A stretch of 64,000 bases of DNA from an uncultured delta proteobacterium. GTDB taxonomy: Bacteria > Desulfobacterota > Binatia > UBA9968. The stretch is taken from positions 32,001 to 96,000 of the forward strand of contig CAWJBB010000040.1 in assembly GCA_963840855.1 (NCBI GenBank). Direction: 5' to 3'. The position numbers and the translations under genes were made by a program. Under the pieces are notes generated by a model. It made no database searches and was not told the DNA's origin. It was given only the letters and a program-made list of their open reading frames with translations. This document shows, piece after piece, positions 32,242 to 41,265 of this stretch; position 1 is the first letter of the stretch; the number at the start of each line of letters is the position of its first letter.

Positions 32242-33273
32242 ATGAAAAAGACTGGCCTGTTGTTTGTGCTCGCATTGCTCTGGAGCGATTACGCTACGGC
32301 GCAAACTCCCTACTTTCAGGGTAAAACGATCCGAATCATCGTCGGCTATCCAGCCGGCAGCGCCCACGACTTATGGGGGCGGCTGATCGCGACACAGATA
32401 AACAAGTTTATTCCCGGGAGTCCAGCCACCGTTGTGCAGAACATGCCCGGCGCCGGGTCGATGACCGCGACCAACTACGTTTACAACGTGGCCAAGCCTG
32501 ATGGCCAGACCGTCGTCGTCAATAACGCGGCGCTTTACTTCGAACAGCTGCTAAAACGGAAAGAAGTCCAATACGATTGGTCGAAGTTCACCTGGGTTGG
32601 CAGTATGACCCCCACCTCTGTGTTGCTGTACATGTGGGCTGCCGCTCCGTATAAAACCATCCACGATGTGCGCATCGCCACGGTGCCGCCCAAGTGCGGC
32701 GCTACGGGCACGGGAAATATCAGCTACTATTTGCCGAAGCTACTCGAAGAAGCCATCGGCGCGAAGTTTCAATTGGTTTCGGGTTATGAAGGGGGCGCGA
32801 GCATCGAATTAGCCGTGGAGCGCGGCGAAGTGCAGTGCCGCGCCTTTTCCGTTCAGACTTTCTTCGGCCGCGAGCCGTTTAACACCTGGCGGAGCAAGAA
32901 CCTGGTGCGGGTGTTGGTTCAAGGCGGCAAGAAGCGCGACCCGCGCTTGCCCGAAACGCCCCTGTTGAGCGAGTTGATGGATGAATACAAGACTTCCGAA
33001 GCGAATCGCCGTTTAGTGACCGTAGTGGTGGCATCGGGGGAATTCGGCAGCGCGCCAATGCTGGCGCCGCCGGGGATTGCTGCGGAGCAAGTTAAGATTT
33101 TGCGCGCAGCTTATGCCAAGGCGCTGACCAGCCCGGACCTTATCGCCGACGCGAAGAAGCAAGGTCTCGACGTCGAGTTAATTCACGGCGACGATCTCGA
33201 AGCGCTCGCAAAAGAAGTCATGAACCAACCCGCCGATGTCATCGCGTCGATGAAAAAAGTCATGGGCGAGTAA
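32242..33273 (+). CDS. Bug/TctC tripartite tricarboxylate transporter substrate-binding protein
   Basis: GKTIRIIVGYPAG, VVQNMPGAGS, KPDG, LAVERGEV. Confidence 0.9.
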   Translation: MKKTGLLFVLALLWSDYATAQTPYFQGKTIRIIVGYPAGSAHDLWGRLIATQINKFIPGSPATVVQNMPGAGSMTATNYVYNVAKPDGQTVVVNNAALYFEQLLKRKEVQYDWSKFTWVGSMTPTSVLLYMWAAAPYKTIHDVRIATVPPKCGATGTGNISYYLPKLLEEAIGAKFQLVSGYEGGASIELAVERGEVQCRAFSVQTFFGREPFNTWRSKNLVRVLVQGGKKRDPRLPETPLLSELMDEYKTSEANRRLVTVVVASGEFGSAPMLAPPGIAAEQVKILRAAYAKALTSPDLIADAKKQGLDVELIHGDDLEALAKEVMNQPADVIASMKKVMGE

Positions 33274-33311
33274 ATTTTTAATGTCCCTTTCGGGAATGGC
33301 TGAAAGCCCCG

Positions 33312-33349
33312 TCAGCCTGATGTCATTAAAAAAATTCTGCAACACCTAG
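33312..33349 (+). mobile_element. IS91 transposase micro-stub (QPDVIKKILQHL)
   Basis: Equivalent to DPPVIIKILSHL in remnant A1, i.e. the segment missing from the subtype B copies. Confidence 0.45.
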
Positions 33350-33468
33350 AAAAATGGTAGGTGTCAGGCTTTGGTTATTTGGTATTTCTCCTCTCGCCCT
33401 CTGCAGATGGACGCGCGGTTCCCTCCTCTAGAACTTCCTTGTCTCACACAGAACCAGAAAAAGCACAT

Positions 33469-33609
33469 AATGAAGCTCCTCGGAGCAAAGCTCCGAGGTA
33501 TCTTTGTGAAATTCTTCGAAGCCCTTCAACCCTCCTTCGCCAAGGCTACGGAGGGTTCTCCTCACGTTCATCCTCGCAGCAAGCTGCGAGGTATTCGGCG
33601 AAGGAGAAT
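33469..33609 (+). repeat. ~140-bp triple-hairpin element, copy 1
   Basis: CCTCGGAGC-AAA-GCTCCGAGG ... CCTCGCAGC-AA-GCTGCGAGG. Near-identical copies at 36551 and 60228. Confidence 0.85.
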
Positions 33610-33764
33610 CAAAGCTGACACCATTGTTACTTTTCTGTCACCCTCGGGCGGTAGAAGTGGAATCGGGCATGAAATACACTGACGGCGCAACTGCGCGACG
33701 GATATTCTAGGGGAGGCGTGTCAGCCTAGCCGAAGCCCAAGAGCCTGTTCAAGGGAGCGGAATT

Positions 33765-34865
33765 ATGAAAGCCATTCGCATTCACAAATTTGGTCCCACC
33801 GCGGAAGTGCTTCAGTACGAAGAGGTTCCGATTCCGGAGCCCGGCCCCAACGAACTTTTAATCAAGGTCGAAGCGGCTTCGCTGAACAGGGCGGATTTGG
33901 CTCTGTCCAAGGGCACCTATCGCATCGCTCCCGAGGAGCTGCCGGTCACCCCTGGCCGAGAGTTCGCGGGAACTGTCGCCAAGCTTGGCGACGGAGTTCA
34001 AGAATTCAAGGTTGGCCAGCGAGTAGTGGCATACACCGGCACGGGAGGCTACGCAGAGTACGCGCTCGCTAAGGTCTCAGAGACTCTGCCAGTTCCCGAC
34101 GGCGTTGACTCGGCAGCCGCGGCAGCGATGCCCACAGTATTTCTCACTGCCTGGTTCGGTTTGTTAACGGATGGCAAACTAAAGGCGGGCGACTGGGTGC
34201 TCGTGCAGGCCGGCAGTAGCGGCGTCGGCATCGCCGCGATTCAAATTGCAAAACAGCTAGGCACCAAGGTCATTACCACTTCCAGCGGTGATGACAAATG
34301 CAAGAGGTTGCGCCAACTCGGATCTGACGCGGCGATCGATTACACGAAGCAAGGTTTCGTCACGGAAGTCATGCGGATCACCACCCCAGCCGAGGGTCGG
34401 GATCAGGCTGAGCACTACCAGGAGCGTCGCCACCCCGACGTCATGGAGGGCGTGAATGTGCTTCACAGCTGGGGCATCGTCCCAGCGGTTCGTCGACGGC
34501 CATTCCCCACGTATCGCGGCGTCGATGTCGTACTCGAGATGATTGGCGGCGACATCTACCGCAAGAGCTTAGAAGTACTGGCGCCAGGCGGCCGCTTGGT
34601 CTCACTCGGCGGAGCCTTCGGCGCAGTACCCGACCCACCGCCCGCTCTAACCGATGGGCGCAAGGCGAGCCGCTTCTCCATCACGAACTATCTCAAGGCG
34701 AATCCGGAGGAGTTCCGCGAGTTGGCTAACCTCCTTAACCTCGTCCAGGAAAAGAAATTTCAAGTGATCATCGATCGGAGTTTTCCCCTGGCAGAAGCGC
34801 GGGCAGCGCAGCGCCACCTCGAAGGACGCGGCCACTTCGGCAAGGTCGTACTCAAGATGAGCTAA
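33765..34865 (+). CDS. NADPH:quinone oxidoreductase (MDR family) with a ~43-aa in-frame insertion
   Basis: TPGREFAG, GGYAEY, AGSSGVG, GVDVVLE, HFGKVVL. Confidence 0.88.
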   Translation: MKAIRIHKFGPTAEVLQYEEVPIPEPGPNELLIKVEAASLNRADLALSKGTYRIAPEELPVTPGREFAGTVAKLGDGVQEFKVGQRVVAYTGTGGYAEYALAKVSETLPVPDGVDSAAAAAMPTVFLTAWFGLLTDGKLKAGDWVLVQAGSSGVGIAAIQIAKQLGTKVITTSSGDDKCKRLRQLGSDAAIDYTKQGFVTEVMRITTPAEGRDQAEHYQERRHPDVMEGVNVLHSWGIVPAVRRRPFPTYRGVDVVLEMIGGDIYRKSLEVLAPGGRLVSLGGAFGAVPDPPPALTDGRKASRFSITNYLKANPEEFRELANLLNLVQEKKFQVIIDRSFPLAEARAAQRHLEGRGHFGKVVLKMS

Positions 34866-35123
34866 AAGAGCAAAGAGCCAAAAGCAAATTATCAGAGGTC
34901 AGACGTGAAAAGGGCGCACTGTCAGGCTTTGGTGAAGTATACCATCCCCGGAAATTCTCCGTCTTCGCCGGACGAACAGCATGGTCCAAAACCCTCCGAA
35001 CGCGGCCGCAAATGTTCAATTCCCCCTATGTGAAGGGGGCCTGAGTTGTAAGTTGATGGTTCATCGCCTCAACAATTTTACGGTTCGGTTGATTGTAACC
35101 ACAATTCAGACTACACTCTCCCT

Positions 35124-35417
35124 GTGAATCGGGTTGTATTCGCTCCCGCAGCGTTGCGCCAGTACAAGCGATTACCGGCTGCAGCCCGAAGTCTGCTTAA
35201 GAAAGAAATTCGTGAGCAACTCGCATTTCAAGACCCAATGGAAGAAACGCGCAATCGATTCCGGCTGCGCCGGCTTTCTCCGCACGCGGATTTTGAGCTT
35301 CGCGTTGAACCTTGGAGAGTGTTCTACAGGGTACGGGAAGAGCTGGTTATCGTGGAGCTGGTCGGGCGCAAAAAAGGCAACGTGTTGTTGATAGGTGGAA
35401 AGGAGTTTGAATTATGA
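35124..35417 (+). CDS. RelE/ParE-family toxin
   Basis: FELRVEPWRVFYRV..VGRK. Overlaps the downstream antitoxin. Confidence 0.8.
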   Translation: MNRVVFAPAALRQYKRLPAAARSLLKKEIREQLAFQDPMEETRNRFRLRRLSPHADFELRVEPWRVFYRVREELVIVELVGRKKGNVLLIGGKEFEL

Positions 35418-35662
35418 AGATCGAAAGCTTGCGCGAAGTTAAGGCCAAGCTGAGCAAGATCGTTAAGGAATTGCCATCGGAAAAATCCGTCGTGATTACA
35501 AAAAACGGCCGCCCTTGTGCGGTGCTTTTTCCCGTGACGGAAGAAACGGATCTCGAAAGCATGTTGCTCGCCCAGCGAAAAGATTTTTGGCAATTGCTGG
35601 ACCGCGCGCACAAGGAAGGAGAAAAGAAAGGCTTCACCCGGCTTGAAGATGTTCCGGACTGA
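35414..35662 (+). CDS. Phd/YefM antitoxin
   Basis: LREVKAKLS..VVITKNGRPCAVL. Confidence 0.88.
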   Translation: MKIESLREVKAKLSKIVKELPSEKSVVITKNGRPCAVLFPVTEETDLESMLLAQRKDFWQLLDRAHKEGEKKGFTRLEDVPD

Positions 35663-35725
35663 TGCACGTTCACTTTCAGGTGATAGTCTTGAAAGATCTT
35701 CTGGGTCAAATCCCGGGGGACTTTT

Positions 35726-35752
35726 GTTGCGGGTTTGCGCAATTGAGCAAAC
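35726..35752. promoter_or_regulatory. 27-bp site with imperfect palindrome (copy 1), candidate ArsR operator
   Basis: GTTGCGGGTTTGCGCAATTGAGCAAAC, repeated at 36077 with one mismatch. Confidence 0.5.
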
Positions 35753-35774
35753 ATGGGTTTAATTAAAGGGCGCC

Positions 35775-36074
35775 ATGGAAGAAAGCGTCTACAGACAATC
35801 GTGCCTCTGTCGTCTCTTGGGCAACCCACTGGCCTTTGCGATTATGAACGTGCTTAGCGAGAGTAAAGAACTGAACCCGAGTGAGATCGCGCGAGCCGTT
35901 GGCCGCAGCGTGTCGCGGGTGAGTCACGTTTTGGCGGCACTGCGACTGGCCGAGGTCGTGCGATACGAAACGGACGGGAGACAGGCGCGCTATCGTTTGA
36001 AGCACCCTCGCGAGACCCGCCAGCTTCTCCAGGCACTAGAAAAATTTATCGATTCTTCTTCGCCCTTTCAGTGA
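35775..36074 (+). CDS. ArsR-family winged-HTH regulator
   Basis: RLLGNPL..PSEIARAVG..VSHVLAALR..YRL. Confidence 0.8.
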   Translation: MEESVYRQSCLCRLLGNPLAFAIMNVLSESKELNPSEIARAVGRSVSRVSHVLAALRLAEVVRYETDGRQARYRLKHPRETRQLLQALEKFIDSSSPFQ

Positions 36075-36076
36075 CA

Positions 36077-36103
36077 GTTGCGGATTTGCGCAATTGAGCA
36101 AAC
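36077..36103. promoter_or_regulatory. 27-bp site, copy 2
   Basis: GTTGCGGATTTGCGCAATTGAGCAAAC, 3 bp after the ArsR stop. Confidence 0.5.
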
Positions 36104-36183
36104 GTGCGGTCTCATCTGAGACCCGAATGGATCCAGTCCGCGGTGAGGGTCGTAGCGGAGATCCGACGGAAGGAAGAAAATTG

Positions 36184-36555
36184 ATGAAGAAGGAAAAACA
36201 GGAAAAAACGACAGTTACTGTAAGATTGACCGACGAGGAAGATCAGATCCTGAACCGTCTCTGCGCGCTTAAAAAGACGAGTAAGACCGGATACCTTGCT
36301 CGCCTCGCTAAAGACCAGGCCAGGCGAGAGCTGCTCGGTTTCGCCGCCGAAGAATACCTAGAGGGAAGGGCGTCTCTAAGCGAGCTGGCGAAAAAGACCG
36401 GCCTGGATGTACCCACCATTATGGATGAGGTCGCCAGCGTCAAAGGGCAGGACAGGCGGGCAGTGGAGGCTTTTTTGTCGGCCGTGGAAACGATCTCGAG
36501 GTTAAATAAAGATCCAGAGTTCTATAATCTAGCCATCAACGCCCTCAGAGAATAA
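36184..36555 (+). CDS. RHH plus UPF0175-like orphan antitoxin-like protein
   Basis: TVTVRLTDEE (RHH), YLEGRASLSELAKKTGL. Confidence 0.55.
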   Translation: MKKEKQEKTTVTVRLTDEEDQILNRLCALKKTSKTGYLARLAKDQARRELLGFAAEEYLEGRASLSELAKKTGLDVPTIMDEVASVKGQDRRAVEAFLSAVETISRLNKDPEFYNLAINALRE

Positions 36556-36691
36556 AGCTCCTCGGAGCAAAGCTCCGAGGTATCTTTGCGAAATTCTTCG
36601 AAGCCCTTCAACCCTCCTTTGCCAAGGCTACGGAGGGTTCTCCTCACCTTCATCCTCGCAGCAAGCTGCGAGGTATTCGGCGAAGGAGAAT
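36551..36691 (+). repeat. ~140-bp triple-hairpin element, copy 2
   Basis: Near-identical to 33469-33609. Confidence 0.85.
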
Positions 36692-36782
36692 AAATGCGGT
36701 CCCACGGCGACAGCAAGTTCCAGCAAGTTGGCACCGTGCGTCGGGAAGGAACGAACCGATGAAACGGAGAGCTGAAAGGGAG

Positions 36783-36998
36783 GAAGTGATCACCGAATAT
36801 CCGAATGATGTTCCTTTGCCCAGTTCTTTGCTTTTAGGATTCTTGGGGGACCGTCCGATTCATATCGTTGTCGCGTGATGACCCAACCAAGACCTGTCAT
36901 ATTGTGACTGTCTACGAACCCGATCCTGGTGAGTGGTCCGATGACTTTAGGACGAGGAGATTATGATGAAATGTCTTATCTGTAAGCAGGGGGAAACC
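36783..36998 (+). pseudogene. Truncated duplicate of the DUF4258/YgiT junction at 39739-39956
   Basis: About 216 bp near-identical, with a 2-bp deletion. Confidence 0.85.
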
Positions 36999-37090
36999 TG
37001 TTTTATGACGTCTCCGAAGAGGATTCGGTGGTTTATGTTCGAGCGATCCGGCGAAAGCCAAGAGGCAAGACAACGGAGGAAATTTTGTGA
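36999..37090 (+). pseudogene. RelE-like toxin C-terminal fragment
   Basis: VFYDVSEEDSVVYVRAIRRKPRGKTTEEIL*, overlapping the Phd start. Confidence 0.6.
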
Positions 37091-37338
37091 AAACGGTTAC
37101 GCCTCGTGATCTACAGAAAAAAGTAAAAGAATGCGTTGATGCCTCGCAACGCGAACGCGTGGTAGTCACGCGGCGAGGACAACCCGCCGCGGTCTTGGTC
37201 GGGATCGAAGGAAGCGATTGGGAGGACGTCGTGCTGCAGAGCTCTACCGGGTTTTGGAAACTTATTGAAGAGCGAAGAAAGCAGCCCACGATTTCTCTGC
37301 GGGAATTGAAAGCCCGATTGAAGAAACGCAAGGGCTAA
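37087..37338 (+). CDS. Phd/YefM antitoxin
   Basis: VVVTRRGQPAAVLVGIE..FWKLIEERR. Confidence 0.85.
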   Translation: MKTVTPRDLQKKVKECVDASQRERVVVTRRGQPAAVLVGIEGSDWEDVVLQSSTGFWKLIEERRKQPTISLRELKARLKKRKG

Positions 37339-37348
37339 TTCTCGGTCA

Positions 37349-37382
37349 TTTCGACATTTTGAGAATTCTCAAAACGTCAAAG
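37349..37382. repeat. 34-bp palindrome, consensus TTTCGACGTTTTGAGAATTCTCAAAACGTCGAAA
   Basis: Copies at 39504-39537 and 48746-48779, half copy at 40429. Confidence 0.7.
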
Positions 37383-37746
37383 TGTCGAAGGGAGGGGGGA
37401 TGGTGTGACCACGGCCACGCCTTCCTCACCCAGCCCGCCTCTTGCCAGAATAGACCCTTCTCATCTACATTGAGTCCCGCCGATGCGGCAGACCGCCGGG
37501 CTTCCCTCCCCGGGCGTCCTGGTACGAATGCGCTCGTGAACCGTGAACGATAGGGTTTGATAGCGCGTTACCTTGAACCTTGAACTGCCGTAGGGCTTTG
37601 AACGGAGCGCCTGGGTTGCACGGCTTGAACTACTGGAACGGGCCGATCCGAATGATGAACGAAGCGCGGGGGTTAAACGTTTGGAACCGGGGCAGTGACG
37701 GCGTCGCTCTTCCCCGCGTCCGAGCACTAATCTCTGAGCCAACGTA

Positions 37747-38172
37747 TCACAGAAACGGGTTCACAGCTCTGACTGTGCCGTATAGCCGGTCATGTTGGAA
37801 ATCCTCCGATAGTAGTTCCTCCAGATTATAGTATTCGGCGTAAGCCCAAAGATGGGCGTCAAACCAGCTCAGCTGATAGGCAGCGGCGCCGCGGAAGGCC
37901 AAGCGCAAGAGCGCTTCGTTGGGATAGAGTATGGTGAATTGGGCGAGAAATTCTTCGGCTTCGCGTCGCGCTTCCGTGGCGCTCAGAAGAGACCGATCGC
38001 CCGTGAGTGGACGGGTTGCCGCAGCGACGAATTCAATGACCGCTTGGTGGGGCACCCGAATCGAATTCTCTTCGATGCCGCGGCGCAAAAGCGCGTATGC
38101 GATTGCCTGTTTTTCCGGAAATCGTGGATCGAAACGGTAGACGAGTATGTTAGTGTCGACCAGTGCCGCCAC
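37747..38172 (-). CDS. PIN-domain (VapC) toxin
   Basis: ALVDTNILVY, QAVIEF, SWFDAHLWA, LSEDF. Confidence 0.9.
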   Translation of the reverse strand: MAALVDTNILVYRFDPRFPEKQAIAYALLRRGIEENSIRVPHQAVIEFVAAATRPLTGDRSLLSATEARREAEEFLAQFTILYPNEALLRLAFRGAAAYQLSWFDAHLWAYAEYYNLEELLSEDFQHDRLYGTVRAVNPFL

Positions 38173-38461
38173 GGGAATAAAGTTGCTCCCGTATCCACCC
38201 GCGTCCGGCTTTGGCGGTGCGAAGCAGAGCCGGGTCAAGCGATTTCTCGCGCTGTTTTTGCCTACGGGTGGCCAGATCGAAAAATCGCAGGCGGAGCGAT
38301 GAGCCGTCTTTTTTTGTGTCGCGTTGTTTCTTCGCTACAGGTATGACCCGCATGACATCACCCGCGATCTCCCATTGGATTTCGTCTCCGGGTTTTATGC
38401 CGAGCTGCGCCGCCAAGACCTTGGGCAGGGTAACTTGCAGCTTGCTCGTGACTTTACTCAT
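38150..38461 (-). CDS. AbrB/MazE antitoxin
   Basis: MSKVTSKLQVTLPK..GIKPGDEI. Confidence 0.88.
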   Translation of the reverse strand: MSKVTSKLQVTLPKVLAAQLGIKPGDEIQWEIAGDVMRVIPVAKKQRDTKKDGSSLRLRFFDLATRRQKQREKSLDPALLRTAKAGRGWIREQLYSRGGTGRH

Positions 38462-38504
38462 TTCCTTACTCTAGCAAGGAATCAATCCTTGTCAAGTATC
38501 CCCC

Positions 38505-38612
38505 GGTGACGACTCACGAGCACGAACACGATTCACGATCACGATCTTTATTCGACCACGATGACGGCTTTGTCCGGACACGTTCACGGCCTTTCCCCAG
38601 CCCCCACGATCA
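38505..38612. repeat. CACGA(T/C/A) hexamer tract with ~45-bp core GACGGCTTTGTCCGGACACGTTCACGGCCTTTCCCC
   Basis: Core recurs at about 40785-40835 and 41677-41720. Confidence 0.7.
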
Positions 38613-38797
38613 TAGACTCACTCCAAATTATTGTCCGAAAGTGTCCGATATTGGACAGCAACCATTCAGCATTGGGATTGGCGCGTTGTGTGGTTCACAA
38701 AATACTTCACCCAGCGCTAAAACTCTCAACCTTTAACTCGTCTTTCCAGGTCCTAAAAATCAGTGTAGGATACAAGCGTTGTTGAAAGGATCGGGAT

Positions 38798-39085
38798 GTG
38801 GTTTTTGAACGGTTCGTGTTTAGAGTCCACGCGATCCAGCGAATGTACCAGCGGCGGATCAGTGAGGACGAAGTTCGAAATGTGATCGGGACTGGCGATA
38901 CGATCGAAGATTACCCGGATGATTTTCCCTACCCTAGTCGTTTAGTGCTGGGATGGCACGGTGCGCGACCCATACATGTGGTGGTTGCGGACAATCCCGA
39001 TGATAAAGAGAACATTGTCATTACGGTTTATGAGCCCGATCCGTCCGAATGGGAGACAGATTTCAAAAGGAGAAAAGTGTCGTGA
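38798..39085 (+). CDS. DUF4258 protein (putative toxin)
   Basis: HAIQRMYQRRI, IEDYPDD, PIHVVVA, ITVYEPDP. Confidence 0.85.
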   Translation: MVFERFVFRVHAIQRMYQRRISEDEVRNVIGTGDTIEDYPDDFPYPSRLVLGWHGARPIHVVVADNPDDKENIVITVYEPDPSEWETDFKRRKVS

Positions 39086-39309
39086 AGTGCGTTGTTTGCA
39101 AAAAAGGTGAAACCAAGGCTGGAACGACGACGATTACACTCGAAAAGAACGGTGCCACTCTGGTATTCAAGAGCGTCCCCGCTCGAGTGTGCGCCATCTG
39201 TGGTGAAGCGTATGTAGATGGAGAGATTACGGCCCATCTTCTCAAAACCGCTGAAGAGGCCGCCCGCTCCGGGATTCAAGTTGAAATCCGCCAGTACAAT
39301 GCAGCCTGA
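39082..39309 (+). CDS. YgiT-type zinc finger (MqsA-like) antitoxin
   Basis: KCVVCKKG..VPARVCAICGE. Confidence 0.88.
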   Translation: MKCVVCKKGETKAGTTTITLEKNGATLVFKSVPARVCAICGEAYVDGEITAHLLKTAEEAARSGIQVEIRQYNAA

Positions 39310-39639
39310 CCGCTGAGGTCGTGTTTGAGGCAATTCGGGAACTGATGAGGCCACCGACTCCTAAGCGCAGAAAAATCGGGTTTCTGGTGGAAGAAAAGGC
39401 CGCGTCGTATGGACGGCGGTAATGTTATCCCATGTTTCGGAATACACGCTACGTAACACGCCCCACTCCCGCCTGTTGCCTAATGCCTCGTGCCTATTTT
39501 ACATTTCGATGTTTTGAGAATTGTCAAAACGTCGAAGTTCCGCCAGGAAGTCACGAAACACGGCTCTTTTGGTCCGTGAGATACGGGGCTTGTGTCGCCT
39601 CCACTAAATCGCTTAAGATCCGCAACAAACATCTTTCCT

Positions 39640-39924
39640 ATGAATTGCGATCGTGTGATGTTTACCGGACATGCCGTTCAACGCATGTTTGAGCGCCGGA
39701 TTCAAAAGGAGCAGATTCGGGACTTGCTTCTATCCGGCGAAGTCATCGCCGAATATCCGAATGATGTTCCTTTGCCCAGTTCTTTGCTTTTAGGATTCTT
39801 GGGGGACCGTCCGATTCATATCGTTGTCGCGTTTGATGACCCAACCAAGACCTGTCATATTGTGACTGTCTACGAACCCGATCCTGGTCAGTGGTCCGAT
39901 GACTTTAGGACGAGGAGATCATGA
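39640..39924 (+). CDS. DUF4258 protein (putative toxin)
   Basis: HAVQRMFERRI, EYPND, PIHIVVA, VTVYEPDP. Confidence 0.85.
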   Translation: MNCDRVMFTGHAVQRMFERRIQKEQIRDLLLSGEVIAEYPNDVPLPSSLLLGFLGDRPIHIVVAFDDPTKTCHIVTVYEPDPGQWSDDFRTRRS

Positions 39925-40148
39925 TGAAATGTCTTATCTGTAAGCAGGGGGAAACCCGTCCGCAGAGGGTCACGGTACCTCTTCAACGCAGTGGAACGAC
40001 GATCATTTTCAAGGAGGTCCCAGCTGACGTCTGTGAAAACTGTGGAGAATACTACCTTTCAGAAGAGATTACTGGACGCCTCCTGGAACGGGCAGAGCGT
40101 GCTGTGCAAGGTGGCACAGAGGTAGAAATCGTCCGTTTCGCCGCATAG
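39921..40148 (+). CDS. YgiT-type zinc finger antitoxin
   Basis: KCLICKQG..VPADVCENCGEYY. Confidence 0.88.
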   Translation: MMKCLICKQGETRPQRVTVPLQRSGTTIIFKEVPADVCENCGEYYLSEEITGRLLERAERAVQGGTEVEIVRFAA

Positions 40149-40284
40149 GCAAACCTTTCGAGCCTTCGCTGGCAATAAGCCAGCCAACTTTCAGCTGTTG
40201 TCATTCCGGTCTTTCGGGAATTCCAAGGAACGTGGTAAGAACCGTGCTCGTGTTTTCGTGCTCGTACTTTGGGAGGGAATCGAA

Positions 40285-40748
40285 ATGAAAAGCGTAGAGG
40301 ACCTGGACGTATTCAAGCTGGCGCATCAACTAGCGCTCAAAACTTACTCGACGACTAAGATTTTTCCAAGGGCGGAGACGTTCAGTCTCGTGGATCAGAT
40401 GCGCCGGGCGGCAGCTATCCGCCACTCATTTTGACGTTTTGGGAAAAATCGAGGTCAATCTTTAAACGATTTGAACGGAGCGCAGCGGTTGAACGGCTGG
40501 AACGATTGGAACGGCTATTTCTCCAAAAGGAAGGCGCCATGAGGCTCGGTACTAAGGAGTATCGCCAATTCGTTGGTATCGCCCGTGGATCGGCAGGCGA
40601 GGTTTGCTACCAATTGCTGCTCGCGCGCGACTTGAAATATATTTCGAACGAGACCTACCAAGAACTTAGGACCGGTTATGACCGTGTGATTCAAATGCTC
40701 TCCCGGCTTTCCCAGTCTTTGGCCGGGGAGTCACGTCCACGACTGTGA
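40285..40748 (+). pseudogene. Four-helix bundle protein (23S rRNA IVP/bAvd-like), split by a repeat-containing insert at about 40414-40529
   Basis: EDLDVFKLAH..FP..E.FSLVDQMRRAA / EG..EYRQFVGIARGSAGEVCYQL. Confidence 0.85.
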
Positions 40749-41037
40749 TCACGGTAGTTCTTTTCCCCATCCCCCACGATCACGACCACGATGACGGCTT
40801 TGTCCGGACACGTTCACGGCCTTTCCCCATCTCCCACAAACAGGACCCACGCACACGATCCACGATCCCCTTATCCTTCTGCCCCATCCTCCCCCCCAGT
40901 CCCCCCACGAGCACGAACCACGAGTCTCGATCACGGGTTTTGGACCAATGTTTTAGACGAGTTGGATGCGTGCCAGGCTTGAGATATATTATGAGACGGA
41001 AAGGTGAAGGGGGCATTTCTGGAAAAGGAGCGATCTC

Positions 41038-41265
41038 ATGAGTCACACAACCTCTGTCGTGCATAGCGATCCAGAGATCCTTGGCGGGACTCCCGTATTC
41101 GTTGGCACACGTGTGCCGCTGCGAAACCTCTTCGATTATCTTGAGCGAGGACACGGCCTCGATGAATTTCTTGACGCGTTTCCGTCGGTTTCTCGGGAGC
41201 AAACGATCGCGGTTCTGGAATCCGCCCATGAGGTTCTGACGGCCGGTGCGCGTCCTCCTCGATGA
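41038..41265 (+). CDS. DUF433 antitoxin
   Basis: DPEILGGTPVFVGTRVP..FPSV. Confidence 0.9.
   Translation: MSHTTSVVHSDPEILGGTPVFVGTRVPLRNLFDYLERGHGLDEFLDAFPSVSREQTIAVLESAHEVLTAGARPPR

Noticed and set aside
40285-40748. Diversity-generating retroelement (Avd-like gene)
   Set aside because: No reverse transcriptase or TR/VR pair. The 36783/39739 duplicate does not show adenine-specific differences.
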